Shown one piece after another: positions 1 to 12,200 of a stretch of 64,000 nucleotides of DNA. How positions within the stretch are numbered: the stretch's first letter is position 1; every line of letters starts with the position of its first letter. The notes beneath the pieces are model-generated. The model was not told the DNA's origin. It saw only the letters and a program-made list of their open reading frames with translations, and searched no databases. Source of the DNA: Tubiluchus corallicola (taxonomy: Eukaryota > Animalia > Priapulida); NCBI GenBank assembly GCA_030141605.1, contig JAQGDQ010000516.1, positions 93,160-157,159 of the forward strand, written 5' to 3'. The position numbers and the translations under genes are program-made.

Positions 1-1032
1 GTTAGATTTGGAGCACAGTCCAAAGTAATTTTCTGTAATATTATTTTAATGCAAATAATCATAATATACCAACTCAAACTTTGTAAATTAATTAATGTTT
101 GCTGTCAATATGTCATATAAATGCTCCTCAGAGATAACTAAACTTGATAAAAAATGACAGCTTGGCATTTTCCTAGCTGTGTACAAATTGTGCTTTATAA
201 AGTTTGGGAAATGAGCAAAAATATCTTTCTACAAGATACGTTCACACATAGAAGATTCTCTTTCAATATACTATGCTAGTAAACATTTTACACCTGTTTT
301 CTAACAAATTCTGAAAATTTTTCATCAAAAACAGTGTCACACAACAGAAAATAGAAATGCTATTGTGTAAAATGTTGTCTATTGCTGACTGGCAATTTTA
401 AACAAATTCTGCAGTTTGCCAAACAGTGACATGTGATCAGCCAATAGTACATCAACAGTTGCCATTTTACATCACAGCACATGCGAATGAGGCTGTTGAA
501 CACTAGTATTTTGCTATATTTTGTGTTTTACTATTTGCTACATGCTTTTGCACATTTTTGAAAAAAAAACAGATTTTCCTGAACAATAGAGCATTGAAAT
601 TCTTTACAGTTTATAACAAGAGCAGCACCAGTCAAATAAATAATCCACTAAAAAATTTTATAACATTTTTATTAGGAACATCAAAGTTTCCGCCTATAAA
701 TGTCAGATCTATTAAGTTTGCTAAACATTTACACGATGCTTGCTAAACCCAACAATTCCTTTTACAATGCATTTAATTAAATGTATGTATGGAAGTGAGG
801 AAATATAAATTGCTGTCTGGGTCATGGGAATATATTCATTACCTGTCACACTTAATTAAAGTAGCTTGTTTTTGGCAATGACAAATACATGTGCTTTTAT
901 CTTTACGATCCAGCTTGGAATGGACTTTTAATGACTCAAGCAAGCGACTAGAATTCATAATTAGTTATCACCGCAGACACTGGACTGATTAGATATTGGT
1001 TAATACAGTAACCCGACTTATGAAAAACGCTA

Positions 1033-1472
1033 TAGTGTTCCAGGCCCACCCGCAATAAGTGAATTTCCGCGAAGTAAGGACGCATATGTTGTGTACAATC
1101 TCACGTCGGCAAGCAGCATCTCAAGCGGGCGCAAGTACAATATTTCGTTTTTGGTGTGTATTCATCAGCCGAATAAATACACTATTTAATGTAAATGGTA
1201 ATTCTTTATGATTTATGATATTCTTTTAATGTTAGAATTAATATTTTTAATATATTTTTATACATTTTGTGACATTTTATGCAAAATTCATCAAATCTAT
1301 ACATTACTATACAATACGTACTACGCATGTGCAAAAATACTTTAGACGGAGTACCGCAAAAACCCGCGAAACAGCGAAAATACCACGATAAATATTTTAC
1401 ATTGATATTTTTGAAAACCCGCGAAACAGCGAGTCAGCGATAAACGAACCGCGAAGTAGCGAGGGAACAGCG
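1033..1472. mobile_element. pogo/Tigger-like (Tc1/mariner superfamily) MITE, left end partly deleted
   Basis: Right end ccgcgaagtagcgagggaacagcg|TA; left end TA|tagtgttcc matches only the outermost bases of its reverse complement; repeated internal ccgcgaa motifs; GC-rich ends around an AT-rich core. Confidence 0.6.
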
Positions 1473-1939
1473 TATTTCAATTACATGAAATATACTTCTA
1501 ATTTGTTTTGTTTTAAATTCTGATATTATGTTAAATCTAACACTGATCCATCTCGTGAGCTGCATTCACTGCAAAAAATGCTGCTTTTGGTATAGTCTCA
1601 TTTCTTTTAACTATTTAATGCGTGTAATCTAGCACATAATGTGAAATTTGCGAACTAATTTATGCATAAGAATTTCTCCCACATTGCACACTTTAGGTTG
1701 AAAAACATAACCAGCTAGTTATTCATTATAATAGTGCAGCCTCGGACTAGTAAACAGCAGCCAGCCTGCCAGGGCTTACTTTATCAGTTTAATTTATAAG
1801 TGAGTTAATGCAACAAATGTATGATGGCAGCAGCAAGTACATGACTGTAACACACTAGCAGTCATGTTCAGGTAATAAATGTGAATAATTTAAATGACAT
1901 GGGTTAGAAGGTACCTGAGAACACTACACAGGACAGTCA

Positions 1940-2130
1940 TGCTTGCTCGACGACCCCATGTACTGCGTGTCCCATCTTGCCTTATACCACTTGCCATAAT
2001 ACCAGCCCGTCAAGTACTGCGAAGTGGTACATGGCAAGGTAGTACACAGTCTGGTGGTATATGACAGTACACCACTGTACATGGCAAGACCGTCCACAGT
2101 GAGAGGGTCCACAGAAATGTCGAGCAAGCA
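1940..2130. repeat. Imperfect fold-back (MITE-like) element
   Basis: Perfect 12-bp terminal inverted repeat tgcttgctcgac (1940-1951) / gtcgagcaagca (2119-2130), plus nested complementary blocks gaccc/gggtc and tcttgcc/ggcaaga. Confidence 0.6.
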
Positions 2131-5100
2131 GTAACATCTCACACAGTGTCTACATATCAGATTATTAAACATGTACACACAGTAATATACTAGACAACTG
2201 TCAAAGCCATTCTGTGCTTCTGATCCTTACTCCACTACACTAGTCACTACATTTGTACCTTTGGCATTAACTACCATTCGATCAACTAATTTACACACTT
2301 TTAAAAATTTGAAATTATTATTTCATATTTTTTATTAGAAACATTTTGTAACTGACAAAGTGTTTAATTAAAATAGGTAAACAGTAAGTTTACATGCAGC
2401 TTAAATTATAGCTTACTACTGTTATTTTTATTATGTCTTTAACTTTATAGAGGTATTCTGAATGCTAAGTATTAAACGTTTTTTATAATTTCTCCACTAC
2501 TTCATTAAATTTTTACACTATATTATTATTACACTAATTATTTCTGTACACTGTGCAACTACGGTATACTGACTGTAAGTATAAAACTTTTAAAAGTATA
2601 ACACTACTATTAACAGTAGAATAAAGGCAACATGTACAGCACTATATGGTCGTTATGTTGCCCTCGCATTTGGCACTTTTTGTTGTATCTTGATGTAATA
2701 CCAATACTGTCTATGTGTGCGAAATAAAATGATTCTTATTCTTAAAAAATGGGAAAGGGCTCTTGCGTAGAGAATTTAAATTACACTATCAAAACGAAAA
2801 GAATGAAATTTCAAAATATACAACCATCTATGAAGGCAAACAGTTACCTCTATACGCGTCCTAATTTTTGTGAGTAACGTTAGCAGTTACTAGCGCTCTA
2901 ACCTTATAAAATCAACGACAACAATTACAAAATAAGACTAAAACATTTCTTAGGAATCATTAAAATCCATAACGGGAAATCTTCTCGTGGAGAAAAAATT
3001 TCAAACAGAGATTTTACCATAGATCATGCTTTTGAAAATAATAATAACATTTATTATTATTCGGTTAGCAATTTAGAATTTTACTGTGCGCAGAAATGGA
3101 CAGTGAAGATCAAAAGGAGAAGATTGCACCATGACAGCTTTAAAAGAATCGCTAAAAAAGGAAGAAAATGCAGGTAGCACAGCTGTGACTTGCGGCATTC
3201 CAATAATTTGCACCACAGCAAAATCAAATTCGATGTTTTTTATTTGTCCTTACAGGCTACCGACTTAAAAACAGAAAAGAGCTTTTCAAGTTTCCTGCTT
3301 ACATGGTAGGATCTCCTTTGATTTCTAAAAGTTTAAATGCCATGTCTTTGTTGCAGACAGAATAAGAATTCGGCATTTGATATGGCACTATCAATTAAGT
3401 TCCAATTACTTAATGCGGATGGTCCTTCCTTGTGGCTAGATCATAATCTGACTCATTATAAAAGACAGCCAAATCCTTCAAGTCAGGAAACACTGGGCTC
3501 ACTACCCCAACACCCCCACCCCCAGTAATATCTTGGCCAGTATTTGGATATGAATACATCTTTCCTCGAAAAAAATTAATATAACCAGATAAGTGCAGGA
3601 AATGAAATCTAGAATAAATTTACTAATCCTAGCAGTCACCATCTATTTACTGATGAGGCTCCATGTTCATTTGGTTTCCAGGCATAAAAGTAAATATCTC
3701 AATTAAAGAATTGGTAGTATGTATACAAGTAATGCCAAGTCAAGTATATCCAATTTCGAGTAGCAGTATTTTAGTTAGTACATCAAACTGAAACACTTAC
3801 TGAAACAAATTTAAATGTACAGCGTGAGCTGAGACTGGTTGCACAGGCATGGGTCAACATGTCATGGGTCATTTAGGACAAATTCCAATTTCCTTGAAAT
3901 GAAACAAAATGCAAATTCCTTGGTGTTCAGGTACAATGAACTCAATAAATTAGAGCTAGTTTTATAACCTTGAAAGAAATTTTTAAAGTCACTTCGATAT
4001 CAAATTATAGAATAATATATTTTGTTGATGTAGATTAGGTGCCATTCGTACGTGTAATAAGTCAATGTGAGCTCATTAAAGAACCAAACTTATAGCCTTG
4101 ATAGAAAAGTTCAAATTTTATATGGATGTGATATCATACAGTAGCACATTTATTTGAACTAAGGTGTGATTCATAGATACTCAACTATTGAGAATTCAAT
4201 TATGATCTTGAACAAAATCACCAAACATTTTACAGTTAATACAGTTAATAATAATATAAACAATGTACAGATTTCATTAATCATACATTCACATTATGAT
4301 TCCAGCTGCATTTCTAGTACAGAGTTCTAAGTTTCAGTGTGGCTTAAAGTCCAATAAATGTATTACTGTACTGGAAACTGCATACTCAATTGCTCATGTT
4401 CAGTTACATAATTATTATAAAACATTTTAAAGCGTACTATAACTCACTGGTCATGGCATTTTATTCTAAATATGAACTGGCTGTGCCACAGCCAAGAAAA
4501 GTTGTACACCTCTAAGAAATCCTCAGAGGATTACAATACTTTTTTGTTGTTAGGGGATATAGTAAGTTAGTACTATACTGGTCGCACAGATTTCCTAAAC
4601 GAACTGTCATTGATCTGAATTTAAGGAACAGCCGCAACTTCGAAAAAAGAGTGCCTGTATTGCGAAACACACACAAGTGACAAGATTAGGTCAAATAGCA
4701 CATACTGCATAGAAGGTTGTATGTACTACATATTTATACTGAACAATTTATTATACCAAAGCAGTGCTCAAACAATAAAAGATCTACCATGCCCTGAAAT
4801 TTGATATAAAAGCCTCGTACCTGTCGAAGGTATGATTGAAATACAGACTCGAAGAACTCAAAATCCCCCAACACAGCTGTCTCGCATGGTTGTTTTTTTG
4901 GATATTGATCAACGTCTTGTTTTCATCATCTTAGCATTCACTCTGCACTTCGTCTTTTTCGGGATAGTTCATTGTGTTAGGCGGGGTTGATGTCTGACGA
5001 ATTTTCAAGCCATTCAGTTCATGGAAAAAATTAATACCAGAGTTTGCAGGTCAATAATTCCATCATACCTCAAGAGGCTGCGCGAGATGCACAAGGCTCT

Positions 5101-5140
5101 CACGCCAAATTTTGAAGTCAATAGATTCCCTGTATCTTCA

Positions 5141-7400
5141 GATTAGATTAGATTTAGACTAAATTTATTTATTACTTGCAATTATACACAATAAATATTG
5201 AGTAAATAATCAAAAAAGAGTGTTAACTTTCAGTGAATTAAAGAAAGGGGGCAAAAAACTGTAAAGGCTACTGAATTAACCCCCTTTCTAGTTAAAGTTC
5301 GTAGAACACATCTAACAATGAATTAAGATGTTGTCAAACTGAAATGATAGAATGCGGCAAAAACTGAGCAATATATATCAATTGTTCTGTACTGTTTCTC
5401 ATTGCTCCTGTACCACCATGTATTTTGTAATTTTTATCCTTTTTATATCAGTTGTTCTGTACTGTTTCTCATTGCTCCTGTACCACCATGTATTTTGTAA
5501 TTTTTATCCTTTTTTGCACAGATTTGAATAGTGCAATTACCATTACATCAATCAATTAAGGGATTCGGTTGACTCTATTATGTATGGTGCAAGATTCCTG
5601 TATCATTCTGTGCATATTTTTGGTATGCAAATCGCATTTCTCTTCTACTGGTGTGTTATCTGTGTTTGGCAAGAGGATTTACGTCTATCCCAATTGTTTA
5701 TTTGCTCATTTCATGATCTTTTCAGTATTTTTCTTTTCAGTCTGTGTTAGGCCAAAACAGAATACCTAGCAGTTATATTCATGAGTGCTGAGGATGCTAT
5801 TAAAGCCTGTTATAGTAGAATTTTCTCAAGAAGTCAGCTGGCACTTTATATGACTCCACTTTTTATGGGCAGAACAGCATTCGATTGCAGCACTTCTTTA
5901 GACATTTTTTTAAATATGTGTATGTTAAGCTTGAGATCACTTTGGGTTGCAACATAAGTTGTTTTGTATTTTGTACGTGCTTCACTAGGTTACCAATTTG
6001 TTTAAGTACAACAGTGTCTTTTTGAGTCTTTTGCCTTTAGTAAAGTTGACACAGAACTCTTCATTTCCCGCTGTTTAGTTGTAAAGTTTGTTTATTGATT
6101 TTTCAACTATAGGGTAGATTGCTTTTGGTAGGCCTAACTATCTTGGTTTGATGGCTGCCCGACTAGAGTCGACAAGTGACGTGTCGTCTGCATATTTCTT
6201 GATATTGCGGGCTTATATGTTATTTGGTATCCTGATATGGTCAGTAGTAGTTATAAGGTAGCCGAGATTATGCCTCCTTGAGGAGTACTAGTGTTCACCT
6301 GTAACCCCGTTGATGTTTCATTCTTAAGATTAATACGTAATTGAAAAATTGAGTTCTGTGTGTTAAGTAGCTGTATACCAAGTTACCCACTTGATTATCC
6401 ATTCTTTGTGGCATTCAGGGCTGCCAAGATTAAGTAATGATGAAAGAATCTGCCTGGGACCGATAGTATCGAAAGCAGCACTGTAGTCTATAACACGGTG
6501 CAATGCAGCATTTAATTTGTCAGTTGTTTTAGCAGCTTGGTCATAGATGTGTATCAGTGCATCTAGAGTGCATCGTCGTAGCATGTAGGCAAATTGATTA
6601 GTATCCAATTTTTCCTTAATTTGTTCAAGAAATCCTCTTTTATGCAACTTTTTCTAGATCTTTTCCGAGAGCAAAACAGATAGTGATTGGCCTAAGGTCA
6701 TTTAATTTCCCTGGACGGTTTACTTTGGGATTTAAGGAGACATGTCCTGTTTACCATTTAGGTGGTTTGCATCTTTCTTCGATATAGTTATTTATTATTT
6801 CAGTCATTACAGGAGCATACTACGATGTACTACAAAGTGCATCGGCACAGGAACATACTAAATGAACTTTGATAATGCCCTCAAATCCATTCCTGAAACC
6901 TTTTTAGGATTTGTTGCTTTCATGATTGTTCTGACCTCAATGGTGCTAATGACAGGCCCCTAAGGTATGACTGAACTAAGTTCAATGAGGTAATTTAACT
7001 CTAAAGTGTCACCCGAGTTGTACTTATAAAGAATATGTTTAGTTGTTCCTGCCTATCTTTGTTTGGCAGCTCGGGAATTTTCTGAAGATTTAATGCGGTA
7101 TTCTTCTTCTGCGTGATGTTTGTTAATTCGTTTATAAGTTGTCACACAGTTTTTGAGTATGTGCCATTTCTGAATTTTGTTTTTTGTGCAAGTGTTGATT
7201 GCTGCTTTAATCTTTCCTTTAACTTGATTTGAGAGATTTTGGTACTGCCCATGGTTTTGTTTGTATAGAGCATTTTTCTGATTTATTAATTTTTTAAGGT
7301 GCCCATTTATCCAAGTCTTGTCGTTTCTAACTTTTTGGGTTTTTTCGTGTGCAGAACTGTATGGTCACATAATCTACTTTTTTTCGATAGATTCAACTAA
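5141..7400 (-). mobile_element. Decayed non-LTR retrotransposon (CR1/L2-group) ORF2 remnant with probable 3' tail
   Basis: ORF 6363-6647 has RT-like QFAY...T.DAL...IDYSAAFDTI; a YADD-like motif lies near 6185-6200 on the minus strand; many stops and frameshifts; minus strand ends in aataaataaa plus (ctaat)n at about 5141-5175; boundaries approximate. Confidence 0.75.
5382..5514. repeat. Two-copy tandem duplication (about 70-bp period)
   Basis: ttgttctgtactgtttctcattgctcctgtaccaccatgtattttgtaatttttatcctttt occurs twice in direct orientation. Confidence 0.9.
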
Positions 7401-7542
7401 TGTGCACAGATTGAAGTCTGTTGTTCAAAAAAGATGTGTGACTTGTATATGGTGAACAAAAAGGTGTAAGAAAACTCTGCCTGTTAGCTCATCAACATTC
7501 ATTAACTTAAGTGAGAAGCATCTATGACCATTAAGTGAGAAG

Positions 7543-7889
7543 ATAACAATTTTTCCAAATGTGTTACTGTTCTCCAAATAATTCCCAACACTTGGTCAAA
7601 AATTTCTTCAGGTGTTTGGGCACTGGTGTTTGGACAAGATCCTGAATTTGTAACACTGTTCATCAGACACTGAAAACTTACTAAATGTTAAGATTTACTA
7701 ATTATATCTTTAGCATGTGTGTATAACAATTTTTCCAAGTGTGTTATTGTTCTCCAAATAATTCCCAATACTTGGTCAAAAATTTCTTCAGGTGTTTGGA
7801 CAAGATCCTGAATTTGTAATACTGCTCATCAAACACTGAAGACTTACTGAATGTTAAGATTCTGCTAGTTATATGTTTAACATGTGTGT
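7543..7889. repeat. Two-copy tandem duplication (about 170-180 bp unit) just upstream of the APOO coding exon
   Basis: ataacaatttttccaa...catgtgtgt at 7543-7722 and 7723-7889; copy 1 has an extra 14-bp internal repeat. Confidence 0.9.
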
Positions 7890-7962
7890 AGTATGTACTT
7901 TACTATTTTGATATTTTTGCATTTAGAAGTGTGTTCAGTTTTGAACATATAACGCTACCACA

Positions 7963-8805
7963 ATGAAACACATCTATGCCAAAGAAGATAATCGGACCTA
8001 TTCTGAATATGTGAAGCCAGAAGATTTACCCATATATGGTAGTTCACGTGACAGCACACAATATGAATATGTCGAAAAGGTAAAGTTTCAAGTTATAACA
8101 TTTAAATGGTAGATTAGGCTCTACAATAATCATACGGGTGGAAGCATGGTAAAAGGAGAATATTAATAATGAATCAACCTACTTAATAGTAAGTTTAAAC
8201 CATATCACACGTGTCAAATGCATTAACTGTATCACGTACTACTTATAACATAATTCAATGATACACAAATTTTTGACAACTTTCAGATTTCGCCTTTACG
8301 GCAGAACATCTCTGCTGTCCGGGGCCGCATATGGTCATGGTGGGACAAATGTGAAGACACCGTAAATTTTGTTAAAGGAAAATACGATATTGGTTATTCT
8401 CACACTAGAGACACAATACACTACATACAGAATGATCCAAGTATGGTGCCTCGTGCAACCACAATTTCATTGGCTGGCCTCGGTGCATTCGTATATGCGA
8501 CAGTGCGAAGAGGCGGACTATTCAAGAAAATTGTCTATCCTAGCATTGCAATGGGAGGAATGGCTGCTCTATGCTACCCGAGAGAAACTGCAAAATACTC
8601 GAATGTTGTTTACAGCGTCGCGAAAAAGGAAGTTTCTTATGCAGCCGAAAAGCACTTTGGTAGAAAAGGAAAAAAATCAGACCAGGATAAAAGCAAACAA
8701 TCTTCCGAGAGTGGACAAACGACTGAAGAAATTATGGACAACGCGTACGTGGATATCGGGCAGTCAACCCCAGAAGATAAAGACTTATATACGACTAGAA
8801 CATAG
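7963..8805 (+). CDS. APOO: MICOS subunit MIC26/MIC27 (apolipoprotein O family); exons 7963-8079, 8287-8805; 211 aa
   Basis: Phase-0 GT-AG intron joins MKHIYAK...VKPEDLPIY...YEYVEK to ISPLRQNISAVR...YIQNDPSMVPRATTISLAGLGA...RRGGLFKKIVYPSIAMGGMAALCYPRE, matching ApoO family motifs; APOO versus APOOL cannot be resolved. Confidence 0.9.
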
Positions 8806-9200
8806 ATCAGATGTTTTGCGCATTGTGGACAAATCATGAAAAATAGGAAGAGTTAGAAAGCAACACAGAGGACTTAACTAGTCTAGACATTTAAACTGTT
8901 AGTTTATAACTTGTAAATTTTATTAAAATCGTAACATAGTGAAAACACGTTTACTCTTTCATTGCTTATTTAAAAATTTGTTTATTTTGCATAAGTTCAA
9001 ACATCACTTTTGAAGTGAGTATAAATTACGATATCACAGACGGACTGCACAGTCATGTGCTACAACTAATGGTCATGAAAAGTCACGTCACAAGAATTTT
9101 GTAAAACTTTATCACACTATTTACGGCTTTGTTAAAACTGTTATTAGTTGAAGCTTCCTGCTGAGTATTCTGTATAATCTGTATGTAATAGCTACATCAG

Positions 9201-12200
9201 TCACCTTACATCCAAGCAATAAACATTGTCATCTCTGCAACCAACGATAACCTGTTTACCAACAACAACAGGCGAAGAAAAAGCTTCAAATGGAAATTTG
9301 TAGCATGCAAGTTTTTCTCCAGTATTCGCACTAAGCAGATACAGCATACCACTGGTTGATGTGACAGTAACACAACCACCATAGCGCGGCAAAAAACTTC
9401 TGTTAAGTTCTAAAAATTTTGAATAATACGGAGAAGAATAGACGGGTGAATCAAGTTCGGTTTTCCACTTCACATCAAAAGTGTCTGCAGTTAAGCAATA
9501 TACGTGATTGTCATGGCAACCGATGACTATAAGGGCACTGCCATTGCTCCACTGTCTGTAACAACATGGAGAACTGAAAACTGGTCCACCAACCATAAAT
9601 TTCTGCATCTGCAAATTTAATGTTACCACAATGAACATTGGAAGCTGACAAAGTGCTTTAACATTACATGACAAGAACAACAAACTTACTTGGATTGACT
9701 TTAGTAAAATACGAGATGAATTGCGTAAAACAATGATGAGAACAACTACGCCAACAAAGCATGCACAGCATCAAATCCAGTGAAGCTTTCAAGAAATTTC
9801 TTTGGCAAAATTTTCTCAGATGACTCAGACAAATTATTAAAAGCCTCATTTCATTAATAATAAATTTTATATGATCAACTAAATTGAGATTATAATAATT
9901 GCAGCAGTAATGAAAGGAGACTGGTGCAACTTACTAATATTCCTTTAAAAGATAGTTTGTATATAAATCTATTGACACAGCCAAAACATATCCCGTTTTT
10001 TAGCACAGCTGGTGAGGAAAAAATTGGTTTTCTACTGTCAAATGTCCATATGATTTTGCCACTCAACTGAAAGTATAAAGCTGTGTAAAAGATGAATATG
10101 AATTTTTAAACAGGCAAAACAACTCATTACCCATATCAATTCCATCAACAGCAAGACAACAAAGTAGAACATGATATCATACAGGCAGATAGCATTATTT
10201 ACGGCTGGCAAAATAATGCAAATGTTATACAATAAGTACTAAAAAATGGGATTCCCACTTTTTCATACTCACTGGTTCAAGTGCATGAAGCTTTCCACGA
10301 AGTGTAGCTGAAAACAACAAGTGAGGATGTTGAGACACCACTGGTGAAGAGAATATGCCGCCTCCTCCTAAGTACTGCCTCCAACTACACATTTTCTCCT
10401 TTTACGAAAAAAAACTATTAAGTACTATAAACAAAATTTTTTGATCAAATATGTGAACTATAGCAGGGATCACACTAGCAATTTATTTTAAAAGGCTACT
10501 GTATATAATTAAAGTATTTGTAACACTGTACTTTCGACAAAAGCTGCCTAAGCCACATTTCTGTTGACTACAGAAACTCCTATGAGCTTAACAAAATGAG
10601 AGTTAGAGGGCTACTTCTATATGCATGCAGAGAAATCAATACGGACTTAAAAAGTTATTAAAAGCACTAAAGAGAAGTCTAATCAAACTCAGTCTCAAGA
10701 GTAATAAGCAGCATCACTCATTGTTTCTAAAAGACACTTCTGTATGTTTTGTTATAAGTGAATTAAAACTAACAAGAGGCTTGAGGGCCAAAATAAAATA
10801 AGGTGAGCAAAAGATGAGTTTATTGAAATGCAGTTTTGCATCTTCTGCTTAACGTAAATGTATGAAATTGTGGAAGCTAAGCTAGAAAAAACTGGATACA
10901 GCAGTAATCTTTCACATACACTCCAAAGATAGAGAGCCTATATAAACAAATTGCAAAATTTTATTAAGTTATCCTTCCCACGCCATAACACTTCAAACAC
11001 TTAATTATCTACACCCAACTAGAATGTTTGGGTTGAGAATAACTGTGTCTACCTCAACACTGAATGCATAAATGTAGTTGTCATGAGAACCACAGAAAAT
11101 CAAGGAAGATGCTGAATCAGAACAAGGCGAGCTCTTCACTTCCCCTCCTGTTTCAAGCTTCCAAACTATTTCACCAGTTTTTGCACAAATGATATAGATA
11201 CAGTAGTCATAGCAGCCTGAAATTAATAAGAATGTACCACTACTACTGCTGTGAAATAAGGTTACAGTGTAATAATGCTATTTTAATAAACCCCTTATAA
11301 GCGCACAGCTGCATCCTTACCCTGCTGTATGAAATTTTAACAATAAGAGCTGCATGACACTTAGCTTCCTTAAAATTTTACTGACATACTTCTCACACAC
11401 TTTAGAACTGAATAAAATTAAAACCCTGGTATTGTTTTCATACAGCGTTAAGCAGAAGTACATACAGGTGTTGATAGGAACAAGAACAATAAGTTCTATT
11501 AAAAAGCTTAAGTTGTGAAAAGTTGAGGATAGTTATACTTGCCATTCAAAAACATTCTTGATTACAGCTATTAGTTTCAAAAGGATAATTTAATATCCTC
11601 AGTAAAGGAATTGAATCCACTTATTTGTGATAAGTACCAATCAGAAATCATGCATTAAATTCCATAGAACACATGTCAATGTTAAATACGAACCAACAAT
11701 AACATATTTGCCACAAGAACTTAAGCAAGCAGACGATTCGATGCGATCTGGCAAAAGCACTTCCCACAATTTGTCACCAGTTGATAAGGAAATGGCTGAC
11801 ATACGATGAGAATGTGAACCAATGAACACAACATGGTAGTACCTGAAAGAAGAGAAATCTATATACAAAGTGGTAAAAAATGACCTAGTGTCACTTGATC
11901 ACCTGGAAATAATAATATACTAAAACAGAACAGATCAATACATATATTATGCAGAAACTTATTCATTATTGATGATATAGCATTAAAAAGGTAAATTATG
12001 CTCCAGTTTGCTTTTCCATTTGGTAAGTTAAGAAAAAAATGTGCATTAACGCTCATTAGTCAACTCGAGCAGTGGCATCACTCCAACGCTTTATGTTTGC
12101 AGTCACTTCTTATTTCACTTGTGAATATCATATTACTTGTTTTTTTCAGTGAGTATGTGTAATTTCAGTATAAATTTCAGAAGCTGCAACTGTTTTGTGA

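Noticed and set aside
7600-7845. TGATGA...CTGA pairs on the minus strand of the tandem duplication as C/D snoRNAs
   Set aside because: Too short, antisense to the nearest host gene, and no recognisable guide sequence
8369-8839. 156-aa alternative-frame ORF and antisense ORF over APOO
   Set aside because: Shadow frames of a real exon, with no recognisable motifs
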